A DNA stretch of 64,000 nt from the NCBI GenBank assembly GCA_963422735.1, contig OY730476.1, forward strand, positions 3,296,001 to 3,360,000. Reading direction: 5' to 3'. Below are positions 61,986-64,000 of the stretch, piece after piece. The notes under the pieces were generated by a model, which worked only from the letters and a program-made list of their open reading frames with translations, had not been told where the DNA came from and did not search any database. The translations under genes and the position numbers were made by a program. This stretch comes from Candidatus Latescibacterota bacterium (lineage in GTDB: Bacteria > Latescibacterota > UBA2968 > UBA8231). Every line of letters starts with the position of its first letter. Position 1 is the stretch's first letter.

Positions 61986-62901
61986 CTACTACCTTGGTGA
62001 CTAGATCGTCTTCTGTATCTTTCTTGCGGTAGAGGTGCTCGACGATTGCGATTTTGTCAATGCTGGCATCGCGCCAGACGCACCCCCGCAGATACAGGCG
62101 CGGCCTCGGGTTCATAAAGGGCAGGGGACGCAGCAATTGACGCCAGCGACTGCGCGGCCGTCCCTCGACGCGAATGCCCTCGTGCTCCTGCACGGCCTCT
62201 GGAGCAATGTCCACCACCAAGTCGCGCAATTGTTTCTTAAAAAAAACCGGATACCAGTCTTGGATATGTGCGCCTTTGAGCATGATCCGGGCCATGCTCA
62301 ACCGATGCACCCTTAGAACTTGTTTGCCGAGGGAAAACTCTAGCTGGATATGGCCCGACTTGAGGGAATGGCTTTGTAGCTTGAGGTCGCTGGGCGCAAA
62401 AAACCGCAAGCCGTACACGCTCCACAGATGAGCGGACTCGCCTTCTTGGTCCACGAGCGATCTGAACACGGCCTCGGCTTGCTCGGGCAAAAACTCGTCT
62501 AGCTTGGCCAGCACTCTCAAGAGCACAACCCGCCCTGACTCCAAGGCGAGCGCTAGGTTGTACGCGCGGAAGTCGGCCTCCCAGATGAAGACCTCGTAGT
62601 CTCGGCCTTCGAGGAACTTCTTGTTCTTGAGGAATCGAGCGCGGCGCTGGACCTCAAAAGGGGCATCGACTTTTTGGGCCTTCTTTTGCAGGTTAGCCAA
62701 GTAGCGATCTACCAACTCGGTCAGGCGCAGGGCCTCGCCGCGGCCTTTGAGACGCCGCCACTCGATCTCGGCGCGCACAATTTCGGCGTCGTCGAGGCGG
62801 GCATAGCCCTTTTCAAAATCCCCGTCAACTCGGCCGAGATTCCAGTCGTCAGGCACGGACAGCCGCAGCCCTTGCCAAGCGAAATCCACCCAATCGCTCA
62901 T
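61909..62901 (-). CDS. Hypothetical soluble protein
   Basis: 330-aa ORF between the transporter and the PqqD gene; FAWQGLRLSVPDDWNL and a second similar WSVYGLRFFAP segment. Confidence 0.7.
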   Translation of the reverse strand: MSDWVDFAWQGLRLSVPDDWNLGRVDGDFEKGYARLDDAEIVRAEIEWRRLKGRGEALRLTELVDRYLANLQKKAQKVDAPFEVQRRARFLKNKKFLEGRDYEVFIWEADFRAYNLALALESGRVVLLRVLAKLDEFLPEQAEAVFRSLVDQEGESAHLWSVYGLRFFAPSDLKLQSHSLKSGHIQLEFSLGKQVLRVHRLSMARIMLKGAHIQDWYPVFFKKQLRDLVVDIAPEAVQEHEGIRVEGRPRSRWRQLLRPLPFMNPRPRLYLRGCVWRDASIDKIAIVEHLYRKKDTEDDLVTKVVDGHFIEKQGTQAEPGRYAGVAANAQ

Positions 62902-62902
62902 G

Positions 62903-64000
62903 CTAGAAGATCAGCACGGAGACCGATCTCTGGATTAGGGCGACCCCCACCGATGCCATCCCCATCAAGGCCATGCCGCAGGAGAAGCCCACCGCCAGAA
63001 TCGGAGCAAACTGCCGCCACTCCTGCCGCCCGTACTTGTTCCAGAAGTAGTAGCGAGCCAAGAGTGCGCCGACAATCTCGGTGACGACTAAGTGCGGTAG
63101 GGACGTCAGCGAGCGCACGAAGCCAAAGATCAACAGGATCGGCAGCCCGAGGATGGAGAGCAGAATGAAACTCACCAGCCCGAAGCCGGCCCCAAAGGCG
63201 ATGACCTCTCCCTTGAGTGCTCTATACAGCCAAGGCTCGTCGGTGGAACGCTGGATCCAGGAGCTGGTAAAGAGCGGATCGGTATCGACCTCAAAGTAGA
63301 AGGACCATCCCGCGGGAACGGCTTGCCCGGTCTTTACTTCGAGGGTTGGGCGGGGGTCGCGGATGACGGCGTCCATGGCCGGCCCTAGCGGCGCAATCGC
63401 TGGCAGGCCCTCGACAATGTCCTCTTCGGCTAGCTGTTCGTCGCGTAGGTAGCGCTCGGCGACGATGTCGGGTGCCCCTTGCTCAAAGTACGAGTAGAAA
63501 ACTTGGGTTGGCATCCACGGGCCGATTTGACCGCGCTTGCCGTTGGAGTCCAGCCACTCCTGATCCACCAGCCGCACCCGCCAGTACCACCACTCGTTCT
63601 CGATCAGGTTAGCCGGGGTCCATCCCGCCCGATCACTGTCTATGGCCAATTCGCTGCGCATGGTGCCGGTTATAAAGAGGCATTGCTGGTAGGCCCGCAG
63701 CCGCCAGAATAGCTGGGCATAGGGGTAGGAGGCCGACGGGATTGGTGCCAGTTTCCAGATATAGGAGCCGTAGAGAAAACTGGTAAAGAGCACGATTGGC
63801 ACCATGAAAACCTCGGCGCGGATGATGCTGGTAAACTGGGTGCCGGTCAATTCGATCTCGCGGAACTTCATGGTCTGGGCACCGTAATTGCCCAAGGGAA
63901 ACGGAATGAACCAGATGTCAACGCCGCGATACCCAGAGAGAATAATCGTCGCCTCGCGCACGAAGGGGATGTCCACCGTCTGCCCCACCATCCCGACTAG
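62903..64000 (-). CDS. OPT-like multi-pass membrane protein with soluble insertion (3' part; continues beyond the window)
   Basis: SGYRGVDIWF, IWKLAPIPSASYPYAQ, Fn3-like WYWRVR and YFEVDTDPLFTS segments, C-terminal TM helices. Confidence 0.6.
   Translation of the reverse strand, partial: LVGMVGQTVDIPFVREATIILSGYRGVDIWFIPFPLGNYGAQTMKFREIELTGTQFTSIIRAEVFMVPIVLFTSFLYGSYIWKLAPIPSASYPYAQLFWRLRAYQQCLFITGTMRSELAIDSDRAGWTPANLIENEWWYWRVRLVDQEWLDSNGKRGQIGPWMPTQVFYSYFEQGAPDIVAERYLRDEQLAEEDIVEGLPAIAPLGPAMDAVIRDPRPTLEVKTGQAVPAGWSFYFEVDTDPLFTSSWIQRSTDEPWLYRALKGEVIAFGAGFGLVSFILLSILGLPILLIFGFVRSLTSLPHLVVTEIVGALLARYYFWNKYGRQEWRQFAPILAVGFSCGMALMGMASVGVALIQRSVSVLIF

Overview
GC-rich bacterial chromosomal window, mostly housekeeping genes. 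It holds the pyruvate dehydrogenase operon (aceE-aceF-lpdA), an AGCS symporter, panB, a full biotin pathway (bioF-H-C-D-A plus a convergent bioB), the Na+-NQR operon nqrABCDEF-nqrM, and an F1Fo ATP synthase operon with an H+-type c subunit. Further on are an M16 peptidase, comF-pfk-pgk-tpiA-secG-tRNA-Leu, dnaE, map and recD2. The main accessory segment is a decayed, AT-richer island of about 4 kb (28.2-32.2 kb) between the atp terminator and the 3' end of a tRNA(CAT). It carries an IS982 remnant, a broken A24 prepilin-type peptidase, a broken TonB-dependent receptor, a small 6-Cys secreted-type peptide ORF, and a serine-recombinase relic that the ORF track misses. Other notable items are a 1552-aa DUF4011/SF1-helicase/nuclease protein (Hhe-like defence candidate), an ABC exporter paired with a DUF1854-like gene, dispersed TTAGTGG/CCACTAA heptamer repeats, and an uncharacterised OPT-like transporter / hypothetical / PqqD-domain / membrane-protein cluster running off the right edge. 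All calls come from reading motifs by eye; no database searches were run.
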